This document shows, piece after piece, positions 1 through 11,836 of a stretch of 64,000 nt of DNA (position 1 is its first letter; each line of letters opens with the position of its first letter). This DNA comes from Camelus ferus (Eukaryota): the NCBI RefSeq assembly GCF_009834535.1, contig NC_045707.1:49044001-49108000 (forward strand), in the 5' to 3' direction. The notes below the pieces were generated by a model. That model saw only the letters and a list, made by a program, of their open reading frames with translations, ran no database searches and was not told the DNA's origin. Both the position numbers and the translations under genes were made by a program.

Positions 1-235
1 CAATGGCATGTGCTGGAGACTTAAGGCATTAAGAGAATAAATCCTGAGTTCTCACCACAAGAAAAACATGTTTTTCTATTTATTTAATTTTATACCTATA
101 TGAGGTGATGAATATTCACTAAACTTACTGTGATAATCACTTCACGATGCATTGTAAATCAAATAATTATGCTGTATGTCTTAAACTTACATAGTGCTGC
201 ATGTTAATTACACCTCAAAACTAGAAGAAAAAAAA
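1..235 (+). mobile_element. L1 3' UTR terminus (older L1MA-like), cut by window start
   Basis: Typical L1 3' end wording (gagttctcaccacaag...tgtgataatcacttcac...ttaaacttacatagtgctgcatgttaattacacctcaa) ending in an A-rich tail. Confidence 0.8.
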
Positions 236-1442
236 TAGTTGTATCTCTAGCAGAAATAGCAATTCAAACTCATTTTTAATCATGTTCATATTTTGATCCT
301 TTCCAGGAGTAAGTAGTTAGCCATTAAGACAGTGACAGAGATACGTTTATTGCTTAGATAAGTGCCGCAAAAGAAAGCATGCTCTTTGAAATGGGATATG
401 GGACAGGGAAGTTTCAAAAAGGTAGACAGCAAAAGCAGGACTGTTTATAGGAAAGCTTACCTTCTTCAGGCAGGATAGCAGGTTCCTCTGGGCAACCGAT
501 GAGATGAGAGCCAGGCATTCCTGGGAGACACACATTGATGTTTTGATTAAAAGACTGCCCCAGAATGAGCAGTTAAACAATAGATTAAGTAGGATTAGAC
601 AATAAATGAATGGGAAAGCTGTAGAACACCAGAAACGTCTTAGTTTATAACCCCCCACCTGGCCTTTGTGTTACTGCAGTTTATTTGTCATTATTTCTCA
701 CTGTACGATGATGCAGCTGGAAGCACTGATGATCTAGATCACTGATATTCTAAAGATCCTTTACACTGTCCTTGGAAGTCAATGTTCAATGCAATTTGCT
801 TATCTAAGAAATTTGGATCTACTAAAATTATGAGGCTAAAAAAAATAAGTCAAGAGCAACAGCTGTCAATTGTTTGTATCCTAAAGCCTATCCACTCTTC
901 CCTAAAGTCCATTCTGTGCACTCTCAGTTCCAGTTTAGCATAGATTTATCCTAACTTAGGTCTTCCAACATTGATCTGGAACTGGCACTTCTTAAATTTT
1001 GTGGTTTCAAGGAGGATTATCAGACACAAACCAAATTAGGTTTAATGTAATTGGAGATACGAACATAACTATTAATTATGTTTTATAGATTTAATGTACT
1101 ACTTCTATTCCATTTTGAAAAGGATTCGTCTAAAATAATAGATCATTGTGTAGGATGAAGCAAATATGGAAGCTTAAAACGGTTTTCTGAAGGTATGTTG
1201 CCCACAGATAATAGTGTTCAAAAAGTTTAAAATTTATTCTTTTGAAAGCTCGCTGTCATATTTACAAATTGAGTCCTATCTTCAGGGATATATTCCATAT
1301 TATTTTGCATTTCTTTCTTCTCTACTGTGAATTTAAGATGGATAGTTCACCTTATTTCATAGTAGACTTCTCAATATCTCCTTGTCCATCCATACATGAT
1401 AAATAGTATAAACTATAAGGTCACTTTATATTTTGTTATTCA

Positions 1443-1620
1443 TGAAGTCAGGAGATCTAGGTTCTGGTCTAGTTTTATATCATCTCAGGCTAGCCTCTTT
1501 CGCTCTGAAAGCCTATGCCCTCATCTCTAAAATAAGACAAATGATATCAGCTCTGTCTGCTTCATAGTGAGGTTATGAATACCAAGTGCTTTTGAAAGAG
1601 CTTTAAACACTGTAAAACCA
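1443..1620 (+). mobile_element. MIR SINE relic
   Basis: gaagtcaggagatctaggttct...cctcatctctaaaataag resembles the MIR core. Confidence 0.6.
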
Positions 1621-1687
1621 TCTAAAAGCAGAAGATGTGATTAGCTCCAAAGTGGAATAATAGTAAATATATTGTACAAGGTCACTT

Positions 1688-3930
1688 TTATTCATTCATG
1701 TATTCAACAATCTAATCCTCTTTCTTTTCCCCCTATGAAACAAATAGTAAGCATCTTCTGTGTCCCAGGGATTATCTGATATGAAGAAATCTAAAATGAA
1801 GAGATTAAAAGATACAGAGTTTATCTCTCAGGCACTCAAAGTCTATCTAGGTTGGGAGACAGACAGGTAAGCAGCTAATTAAAGTAGAAAGTCATAGTTG
1901 CCATAATAGACATAATAACAGAAAGCTGAGGAAATAGAAGAATCTAATAAATCTGTTCGAGAGAAATGCTTCATAGCAAAGGCAACTGGAGGTAAATTTT
2001 GGTGGGTTATTGTAATCAGAAGTTTGATTTGGGGTAAGATAATAGGGTGAAGGTCAAGATTTAAGTTGGTGTCTCGGGGTAGAAGGCTTGATAGACTATT
2101 GTTTGCACTGAGGTTTTCATGAAGAATTTGCACCTCAGGCAAGATTGCTACACAGGCTCTAAACTGGGTAGACAAGTAACAGTCATAAATAACAAACCTC
2201 TGAATGGTTCAGAGTAATTAATTCAATCATGTAATTTTATGATCCTAGTAGATGACTGGCAGCCAGCCTCACTCTAGAGGCCACAGGAACTAGCACTCTA
2301 GGGATACTGGAATGATAATTGTATATGCTATTCTTTAAGAGGCATTTTCATGCTTAATTGCAAAGTCTTACAAAAATCCCATGCAATCTGAGAGGAACTG
2401 ATAGTAGAGGCAATGCATATGTACTTTGCCTGAATAATTAAAGTGGATGGATTTAGACCATCCTATTCAAAATATACTTCTTTGGTAGGTTGATTATTTT
2501 GAGCTGAAAAGTGCATGAGAAACAGCAAATGCAGAAAGGGCTCCCTGACCTCCCATTACTCTCCCCTACCCGCCCCTACAATATATTTCCAAGTTACTGT
2601 CCCACAAATTACTGACCCTCACGCAAGGTCACTCAAGGTCACTCTTTTGTCTTGTTACATCCCTGTAATTTATTGTTCTTTGTGTAAAAAGGTATACAAA
2701 TATTTGGCCCTAATGGCTTCTTTGGGTCTTTATTTCCCCTCTGAAAACTCCTATGTGCATATAAAAAAATTAAGTGAAATTATATATAAAAATAATTAAG
2801 TGAAATGTGTATTTTTTTCTCATATTAATTTGTCTTAAGTCAGTTTGACTCCTAGGCCTGAGTCCTTTCTTTTCTGAGATATTAGCATTTCTGGACCCAA
2901 ATGCTAGTATTTCCACCAAGTTTTGAGAAATCTTAACCAGAAAAAGTGATCTGAGCATTAATATTGATAAAGATCTTGGATTTTACCTTACAGGTAATGA
3001 GGATATTTGCAGGAAAAAAAATGACAGTTTTTGAAAATTACTATTCTGACAACATCAAGGTCAACAGATAAAAATGAGGATGAGGATGCAGTTGACAGAA
3101 GAGAGGGAGAACAATTAAGAGTAATACACTGACTTAGATGTAAGACCATCCATGGTAGTGGTGATAAAAAAACAATGATAATAACGAAATACTCCTAAAG
3201 TAGTATTGACAGTATGCAATGAGACCAGTGTGGAGAGGAGGGAGGAGGAGGAGTTAAAGATTCTGATTTTGGAGTCAGTGTAGTTAGCAGCACCATTTAC
3301 TAAAATATGTCATATACATGGAGTGGGTATGGCAGGGAAAATAATGAGTGCAATTTGGATACATTCATTTTTAAAGCACTTATGGGATATCTAAGTATAG
3401 ATGCCAACATGATGGTTATAAATATGATTCAGGTCCTCAAGAAAAAGATCTAGACTGGAAATAAATATGTGTAATCACCAACTTGGTTCAAATCATAGAA
3501 AAGGTTGGAATGATTTTTTAAAAGACCATTTTAATTTAAAAGATGGCAACATTAACAGCTAGCCTGAAGATGAGATACCAACAAAGAGTTCTGAGGAAGA
3601 AAGTCACAGAGTAAAGAGAAGTAGTGTTGGAATTAATGAAAAGACAGTTTTAAAGCAAAAGGAGAGGGAAACTGGGTGCAGACAAAAGAGCCAAATGTTC
3701 CAGTCATACTGGCAAATGAAGAAATGGAAAAGAAAAATCAAGGATACTATTAACCTTAATATAATAGTCTGGCATTGTGGTTAAGATGAAATTCAAGTTT
3801 TAAAGGCTTTAGTAGTAAATAGATGTTGATGAAGAATACAGAAATATATGTTCTTCTCTCAAAAGGTTTATTTCAAAATATAGAATAAAAAAAGATGGTG
3901 GCTTGAAAAGGAATTGGTGTAGAGGGAAAG
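1688..3930 (-). mobile_element. L2 LINE relic, interrupted by an LTR at ~2445-2865
   Basis: Starts with the reverse-complement L2 tail (ttcattcatgtattcaacaa); purine-rich L2 body resumes at ~2960 (ggattttaccttacaggtaatg...ttatgggatatctaagt...agatctagactggaaataaatatg). Confidence 0.7.
2445..2865 (+). mobile_element. MER34-like ERV1 solo LTR, degraded
   Basis: caaaatatacttctttgg...gattattttgagctgaa near the start and tttctcatattaatttgtcttaagtcagtttgactc near the end; these motifs are shared with the LTRs at 9709 and 11286. Confidence 0.7.
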
Positions 3931-4054
3931 AAATTTTTGTAACTGATTAATCAATTATGAATTGATTTCATTCTATGGAGGGAGGTATAATGCTAATAAA
4001 AGAGGATATCAGAACTGGATTCTGGATCTAGTTTTTCAATTGTTGAGGGATACA

Positions 4055-4222
4055 CTATATTATAATAGTTAGGGTATCCATTTTGGAGTTAGGCATCTTG
4101 TGTTCAAATCTCACTTAACCAGTTGTATGTCAATTCATTTAAATGTAAAATTAAGGAAATGTTTTTTTCTCATATGTTTGCTGCATCCAGCACACAGTAA
4201 GTACTCAATATGTATTCATTAT
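4055..4222 (+). mobile_element. MIR relic
   Basis: tttggagttaggcatcttgtgttcaaatctc...cagcacacagtaagtactcaata. Confidence 0.6.
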
Positions 4223-4642
4223 TGCAGATTTCTTTCCACACAAGCATAGAGTATTTTTAAAGCAAATATATGTGTATCTATTGGCTAAGAATTTGGCTCC
4301 AAATCAATTTCTGATCAATATTTTATGCCAATGCAAATACTGTTCTCTCCCTAAATGAGACAATGACTTTTTCCAGGATTAGTGGAACCTGCTAGAGCAT
4401 GGAGCTGTCATTCAGGCCACTAACTTCATAGTAAATTTTATTCATGTTAATATCAGAATGTCTCTAGAGATCAGGATCTTTTCTCAATGTTAAAGACATG
4501 CTCTGAGTTTAGGGTACTTGTATCCAAAATAAGTGCAAATGCTTTTTAATTGAGGTTTCTGCGTAACTTTGCTGGCTCAAATACCTAGTTCCTTGGATAT
4601 ATTTTTTTATTTTAAATGGAAAAGCATGCAAGATGCTCAATT

Positions 4643-4683
4643 AAAAAAAAAAAAAGAAAGAAAGAAAGAAAGAAAAAGAAAAC
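4643..4683 (+). repeat. poly(A)/(GAAA)n tract
   Basis: Directly visible. Confidence 0.9.
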
Positions 4684-4755
4684 AGATAAGGATGGCCAGA
4701 ATCTCAACATCCTTAATTAGGTGCTCCAAGAGTATGCCATGTGGTTAATGATGGA

Positions 4756-5340
4756 GGTTACAGAATCAAACTTACTAGCTCAGACTGTAAGCAGATCTCT
4801 GCAGGAAACACCCTCAGCAGGAAATCCCTTTTGCCTTGTCACTTTAACAAAGCTACATTGTAACTAACTTTTAAATCTGGTGCCCCTGTGCTTTACAAAT
4901 CTTTTGATCACATAATACTCTGCCTAACTTGTTGGTGTTCTCCATAGACCAAAGAAGTAGAAATGGAGAGTAAGAAATTATTCACAAATGATCAGATCTC
5001 TTTCCTAGTTCTCCTTCAGTAATCTCACAAACTGTGAACAAGATAGCATCTAAGGAAAATTCACAAGGAATTGACAGTCCTGTACATCAAGCCTGCCTGC
5101 AGTGAGGGATGGTGATGACTCTGATCCCCTTATCTCAATGATCAACTGAGATCACTTCTTTTTTCCTTTAAAAAGTTCGCAGCTGAGCAGAATCTTCTGA
5201 GATAGTTTTTGGGGACACTGAGTCCACCATTTCCCCAGATTGCTAACATTCTAAGTAAAGGCATCTTTATTTTCTATCAACATCACCTCTCCCAAGTATT
5301 GCTTTTGAGTGGCAAGTAGCAGAACCTGAGTTCAGTAATA
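4756..5340 (+). mobile_element. ERV1-class solo LTR (MER41-like 3' end)
   Basis: 3' part ggacactgagtccacc...agtaaag (poly(A)-signal-like)...gtattgcttttgagtggcaagtagcagaacctgagttcagtaata; the 5' boundary is uncertain. Confidence 0.7.
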
Positions 5341-6287
5341 AGACTTGGCTCTAAACACATATGGAAAATAGGTGTGACAATAAGAGAGTTGAATAATAGC
5401 TTTCTTCTCCTGTAGTCTCAAGAAATCAGATCCATAGCTACTTCCCCAGAGGTCCACCTGATCCTACTTGATAAGTTTTTAAAGGCAAGTGTATAATTTC
5501 AATTAGAAAAAGACACAAGATCTGTTTTACTATAGCAGTTGAAAGTAGGGTTAAACATTGATGATAAGGTGATCTAGAAAAGACTGATTTCAAGTAACAG
5601 AGAGAAGATGTAAAAGATGGAGAAGTAAATGGAGAGGAGAAACAGCAAATACGGAGGGGAAGGAGAGGGTAGAGGAAGAGGAGAGAAATAGATGGGAGGA
5701 GGAAGGGCAACAATGCCTTCATACCACTCTCCAAAGACATCAATTTCATGGAATAACAAAAATTTTAAATCTTACATTTGTAAGAAGATATTCTAGCACC
5801 AGAGACCAAGTGCTAAGATATCTAAACACTCCAGTTTGGTTTTGTCCACACCAGAATCCCTCTTTCTTAGTAGGTGAGTAAGGAGCAAGAGAAACTTTAA
5901 ATAACATACTAGGAATGAAGCATCTATAACCAAAAGAGAATTTTGACAATCTAAGGTGAAGGCAAAAAAGCTAAAACTAGAGATTAAAGTAGGAAAAATA
6001 TGATATTTATGGAATGATCCTGGAAAAAGAAGGGGACTCCCATTATAATTAAGAGAGAGAGTGTTGATGAAAATATGTGCCTTGAAAGAGAGACAGGAAT
6101 AATGAGCTCACCTTCTCATGACTTCTGACTCTCTGAAAATTCAAGGGACCCTTATCTAATCAGGGTGAGAGGGCCTGAAGAGACTTATAAGTGTTTGCAT
6201 CAAACCATGGAGAATCCAAGGATTAGGGTTGTGAGGGAGGAAAAATAATTTTCCTCCTACCCTTTTAGGTTCTTGGCTGAGACCGAC

Positions 6288-6899
6288 TGTTACCAGGGCT
6301 GTTGCCCCAGAATCATACCCCTGCCCTTCCCTTGAATAGAAACCAATTACTCTTAATCTAAGTTTCAAGAGGAAGCTGCAAAGGAAAAAAAGAAAAGGAA
6401 AAACCAACGACTGGTTAGAATCAACTAGGCCCAAGATGTAGGAGGATTTGACTTTGAATAGACTTTGAGCCTCATTATAAGCTCACTGTAATTCATGCAA
6501 AATGACACACCCACCTATGCCATGACAGCTGATTATCACCATGACAACAACCAGAAAAGCCCATACAAAGACTGAAAAGGAGGGTTGCATCAGTTCCAGG
6601 TCCTAACCACACCCCATGTTCCCAGATAACTCATTAATATTCCTCCATTCTTTCCAATTCTCTCCCTTTTACCTTGACCCTCCTATATGTTTGGTGCCTC
6701 CACCTGATTTGGATTAAGAAGTTGATTTGCCAACTAGGTTCCCCTTTCTCCATTCTTTTGGCCATTGATTAAAGCCTGTGCTGTTCCAGTCTCAGCACTG
6801 GTTTCATTATTGTCTGGGTGAATCCAGTCCAAAAAAGAACCTCCCTGGCTGGGACAGGGGTGTCTCAGCCTGGGCTAGGACCTCACCAATTCAGTAATA
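6288..6899 (+). mobile_element. ERV1-class solo LTR nested in the MER34-like LTR
   Basis: tgttacc...tcagtaata termini, TATA-like cctatat at ~6682, attaaa at ~6768, 4-bp TSD cgac (6284-6287)/caac (6900-6903) differing by one CpG-type transition. Confidence 0.85.
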
Positions 6900-7169
6900 C
6901 AACCTATAATAAAAGACAGATTAATAGAAGAAAAACAAACAGAAGTTTAACAACACATATACCTCCTGTATACATGGGAGATAACCAGGAAAACTGACTA
7001 ACCACTAGAAATGGCTCAAGTCGCTGCCTTAAATACCATCTTCAACTAAAGATAAAAGAATGATGTTGGGGATGGGGAGAGCCAGTTACAGGAGGTTATC
7101 AGGCAGAGCACAAAAAAAAAAAAAAAAAAAAAAAAGGGTATGGTGGTCATGCAGATTTAAATCCAAGCA

Positions 7170-7515
7170 TTTAAAAAACTTTTTTAAATTAAAAAAAAAT
7201 TTTATTGAAGTGTAGTTGATTTGCAACATTAATTTCAGGTGTACAGCAAAGCAATTCAGTTATACATATACACACATACATATTTTTTGCTTTTCAGATT
7301 CTTTTCCATTATATGTTACTACCAGAAATTGAATACAGTTCCCTGTGCTATACAGTAGGTCCTTGTTGTTTATCTATTTTATATATAGTAATGTGTATCT
7401 GTTAATCCCAAACTCCTAATTTATCCCTCCCTGCTGTTTCTCCTTTGGTAACCATAGTTTGTTTTCTATTGTCTGAGTCAGTTTTTGATTTGTAAATAGC
7501 ATTTGTATCATTTTA
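7170..7515 (-). mobile_element. L1 3' UTR fragment (cetartiodactyl type)
   Basis: ttttattgaagtgtagttgatt...tttcaggtgtacagca...gaatacagttccctgtgctatacagtaggtccttgttg; reverse complement resembles the L1 tails at 23593 and 26214. Confidence 0.9.
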
Positions 7516-8679
7516 ACTCTGTACTATTTTTGCAACTCTCTGTAAATATAAAATTGTCTCAAAATGAAATATTTAAAATGGCTATGGTTATAGAAATACC
7601 CAATTTAAATCTAATCTATTTTAAGTCAGCCAAACTATAACATATTTTGTAAAGATTTCTCAATGCAGTTTAAGTTGTTGTTGTGATTTTTTTTGTTTTT
7701 ATATTATATCCCTCTTAGGATGTGCAGTTAATGTACTGTTTTAAAGTCAAAGTAATCTTCTTCATGGTCATGCCATTAATTTAATAGACATCCAGGGTCA
7801 AGTGTTTCTGTTTATTTATTTATTTGGTTGTTTCATTTCTTTCTTTCTTTCTTTCTTTCTTTTTTTAAAATCCAAGCCTTCTTCATTGAGTTTCCTAGAG
7901 AATTAGTCTTCCTTCTCTTCCTGGTACAGACAGGGAGACACACTTACAAATGGAGATTTTTCTTACAAATGTAAAAGTTTCCTACAAAAAGTAACTTCTA
8001 TTCAGTTTTCTTATCTCCTGTTCAAAAAAAAAAACACTTCAAAATAACTCTTATGGTAAAGAAGCATATTTTGAGGAGGCATATTCTGCTCCTCTTCAGG
8101 AATCAACATTTCTAATTTAGTTTAAGAACAGAAAACTGTCAAACAGGATTTATCAGGCTAATCAGAAAAGAATCAGAAAAACCACCTGTGCATAGCAATT
8201 TTTCGAGAGAAATTGTCTTGCAAAAGCATCTTTCTTTTTGGTTTGGTACACAGGAGACAAATTTAAATCTTCCTCTGACAATTCTCACTATTCAGTATCG
8301 CTAGTAATATAAACTAAATAAAAATAAGGAAATGCTGTTTTGTGTTCCATGGCCATATAACATGTCTTGAAATATCTATGGCTCTAACATATTTGAAGTC
8401 TATTGTAAAGGTAGTTAGAAAATTATATAATTTTCCTTCTCTTGGTGAAATTCACAAGCTCAAGGAATGTGCCTTTTGAAGTGACTTTATGTTAAATTAA
8501 TTTTATTTGGTTTAGCACATTAGCAGATGTGCTTTCTATTGGGAGACTGCTTCTTCCTATAAAAGAGGTAATACAAAAAAGTGAAAAGTGTACACATTTT
8601 AGTGTTGGGATACTTGGGTTCTAGACTCAACTCTAAGTGATGCCTAAATGTTCTATGAAGATTTTAATGTCTACCCTAA

Positions 8680-9113
8680 TGTAAGCATTTAGGGTAGAGA
8701 GATCCCCGGGGGGGGGGGGGCAACCAAATATGGCTTTTTAACCTGAGAAAAGCCAGAAGCACTTTCTTGAACTGTTCCACAGGATTTAAACCACCCCCTG
8801 GAATGTTCAACCACCAGATCAACTGGAGCCTAAAAAATGAAGATGTTTACCTTTTCTGACCCTCAAGACTTCAATCAACTAAAGTTTGGACTCTACTGAC
8901 CTTTGCTCCAATTCTATGCTGAATTCTTCATGAATATGTATGCAACCTTAGCTTAAAATTTCCTCAATTTTATTGTTCAGATAGATATTACTTTGGAAAA
9001 GATCCTCAGTGTTCTCCTTACTTGCTGCAAGTAATAAATCCTTCCTTCTCCTATTCTGGTTGTGTCTTTTGGCTCAACACACACCAAGAGGCTAACCCAG
9101 TTTTCAGGTAACA
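8680..9113 (+). mobile_element. ERV1-class solo LTR
   Basis: tgtaagc...ggtaaca termini, aataaa at ~9033, perfect 4-bp TSD ctaa (8676-8679 and 9114-9117); internal G run at ~8708-8720. Confidence 0.9.
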
Positions 9114-9708
9114 CTAACTCTCCACAAGATATGACAACCTTTATAATTGGGTCAAGCATTCTGATGAACACTCTAATGATCAGGAAGTAAAAAAAGTCCA
9201 CTGCAGTATTAAAGCAGTAGCAACAACTCTGACAGACATGAGCTAAGTTCACGCATAAGTCAGAATCTGAAGGAAATAAAATGTAGGTACCAATTTTCCA
9301 TCACTTTGCAAATCTCTTATGCCTAAGCCCTCTCTTTCTTGTTCATAAAGGCTATAGCATGTGGGCATTGATGAATTTATGTGTAATCATGATCTCCTTT
9401 CTTAAAGTATTTCTGCTTTGAGAAGTACTCTTGGGAATGAATCCTTAATGTTTTGAGATATGAAACTGTTCAAAATAGTAATATTGCTGACAAGCATTTT
9501 CAGATTAATAGGTTTGTTCCATGTGTCTTCATTAAGGAGTGATTAACTCCAAAATCAAGTTAAATTTATATCCATACATGTGTCTCAACACGTATGTATA
9601 ATAAAATGACTCAGAAAAAGGAAATAAACCAAAATATTGGCAAGTGCTGTAATTTGTGGGTTTTAACTTTACTCTTTATTTCTGTGCCTTCCAGATTTCC
9701 TGTAAGCA

Positions 9709-10219
9709 CGTAGGGATTCAGAGCAGGCCCCCAGAAGATGTGCCGCTTGAGCATGTGGATCATTTTGAGCTAAAAGCAATGGAGCCCCTGTGAGATCAGG
9801 AGAAAATACTGCCCCTCAACACACACACACCCTTAACTACCCAGAAGAATTTAAATTGGGAATTTTCCCAGAAAAATAAATTTATCTAAGTGGCCCCATC
9901 TATATGGCAGGACAAATGTCAAATTACCAAACATCTTCATTTCTTATTGTCCTGAGAATGACCCTTGTGTCCTTCGAGGCCCCAGGCCCCCTATCTCATT
10001 CCTTAGCTCAGGATGGGTATATAGACCTCATTCTACCTTCCTTTCTGTCTTTGAACCTCTCATATTTGTGGGGTCTCTGACTCTTTCATGTATGTGAAGT
10101 TCTCGTACATACAAAATTAAATTTGATTTTCTCCTGTTAATCTGTCTCATGTTAACTTAATTCCTGGACTAGCTAAAGGAATTTAGAAAGGTAGAGGGAA
10201 GTTTTCTTCCTTCCTGGAA
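9709..10219 (+). mobile_element. MER34-like ERV1 solo LTR
   Basis: gtagggattcagagc...ggatcattttgagctaaaagcaat...tttctcctgttaatctgtctcatgttaacttaattc...aaggtagagggaagttttcttcc. Confidence 0.85.
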
Positions 10220-11013
10220 TTACCACCTTTATAAGTAGTAAAGACATCTGCTAGACTGGAACCGGATGGCCAGCAGAAAAGAAAGGGTCTGGGTGCTTCC
10301 GTTGGCATGTTTTGATAAATTAATAGGCAGAAAAAAGTCTACTGAGGGTTTCTTTCTTCCCTATTCCTGATTTTGGAAAGATAAATTTTCTAAAGTTCAA
10401 GACAGGAAAATTCTTTCAAGTATGGATAGAAATTATTTCTTGATAAGTAGATATTAAAAATTTTAAAAATAGGTGACTAGTAAACAAGTTTCTGTTCCTC
10501 TTATTGTATTTAGAATATATTTTTGCTTTTAGGGACTTTATTATCAGTATCTTCATATAGTAATATTTGTTTGATGATTCAGTTTTATGATTTTTTCCAA
10601 TTCAGATTTTTTCTGTATAATTTCTTTAAATAGAATTACAGAAAAACAGAATAATAGAAAAAAATAGAAAATTTCATTAATGTGTTTCAAAATAATGTTA
10701 GTTTAAAAGCACTAGTGGACTCACTTTCGCTCTAAGGTACACAATGACTGATTCTTTCACTGACTGGGGTTTGCAGTAGCCCTTGAGATTAGACTTCATT
10801 TATCATCCAAGGATTCACTGTAAATGGACTCTTTAAAAATTTTTTTCAGATGGTAAGATGTGGCTCTTGGACAAGCACAAAGATCAAAGGTGTAAAAAAT
10901 TACACAAACTGGATTTTATATCCAAGAATGCCAACTACTTTAAACTTCAATAATATTAGTTAACAAAATCCTTTAAGAGCATATTTTAGATAATTGGTTT
11001 TTTCCATATAGCC

Positions 11014-11083
11014 CCTTTCTTTCTCTTTCTCTTTCTCTCTCTCTCTCTCATTCTCACTCTTTCACTTTCTCTCTCTCTCTCTC
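11014..11083 (+). repeat. (CT)n-rich microsatellite
   Basis: Directly visible. Confidence 0.85.
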
Positions 11084-11285
11084 ACTTCAAAATTAAGCAA
11101 GCATTTGAAGCAGCCTGAGGTGTAAAAGAGGGTAGTAGAGTTGCCTGGGTTGAAATGATGGTTGTTTACTCGTCTCCTGGTTCCTGCTGTTTTACCCAAG
11201 CTAGAAATAAGGGGGTCTTCAGAATCATTAGGATTTCTCAAAGCCCTTATACCATAAGATTTATCACAGTTTCCTAATTTTATAC

Positions 11286-11836
11286 TGTAGGGGAGCAAAA
11301 CTTGCTACCCTAAGGTATCTCTTTGGCATGAGGACTAATTTAGGTTGATTATTTTTAAGGCCCCAAAGACTCAGGAAAATCCTTTGAGTTTCCCCCTAGC
11401 TGCCTAAAGAATATGGAACTGTTCCAGGAAGGGAGCATCACCATAGACAACTAGAGCTTGCACTAGGTGTGGTAGACAGGGAGGCACCAAGCAAAGCCTG
11501 TCTGGTAAAATCCCACTCCCTGCCCCATTGTCTCGGCATGGCCCAGCAAACATTGTTTGCTGAACATTTGCTTTTCCATCTTCATGTGAGTTGTTTTCCT
11601 TCCTCGTGAAGCCCCAGACCACAACTCAAAACACCCTCTTACGTCTTTAGCTGAAGATGGTACTTAAGGTAAGGGTTTCAGCAGTCTTGGTCAGTTATTC
11701 ATTTTCCTGGGTCTCTCTCATGTATACATGATGTTAAACTTTGATTTTCTCCTGTTAATCTGTCTCATGTTAATTTAATTCTTAGATCAGCCAGAAGAAC
11801 CTAGTAGGATAGAGGAAAATTTATTCCTCCCCAACA
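11286..11836 (+). mobile_element. MER34-like ERV1 solo LTR, complete
   Basis: tgtagggg...cccaaca termini with perfect 4-bp TSD atac (11282-11285, 11837-11840). Confidence 0.92.

Larger units (their letters stand above)
6230..8098 (-). mobile_element. MER34-like ERV1 solo LTR split by two later insertions
   Basis: Left end gagggaggaaaaataattttcctcctacccttttaggttcttggctg is the reverse complement of the 3' end seen at ~11790-11836; right end ggtaaagaagcatattttgaggaggcatattctgctcctcttca. Pieces: 6230-6287, 6904-7168, 7868-8098. Confidence 0.85.

Noticed and set aside
5438..5759. Hydrophobic ORFs on the minus strand
   Set aside because: Derived from a purine-rich low-complexity tract.
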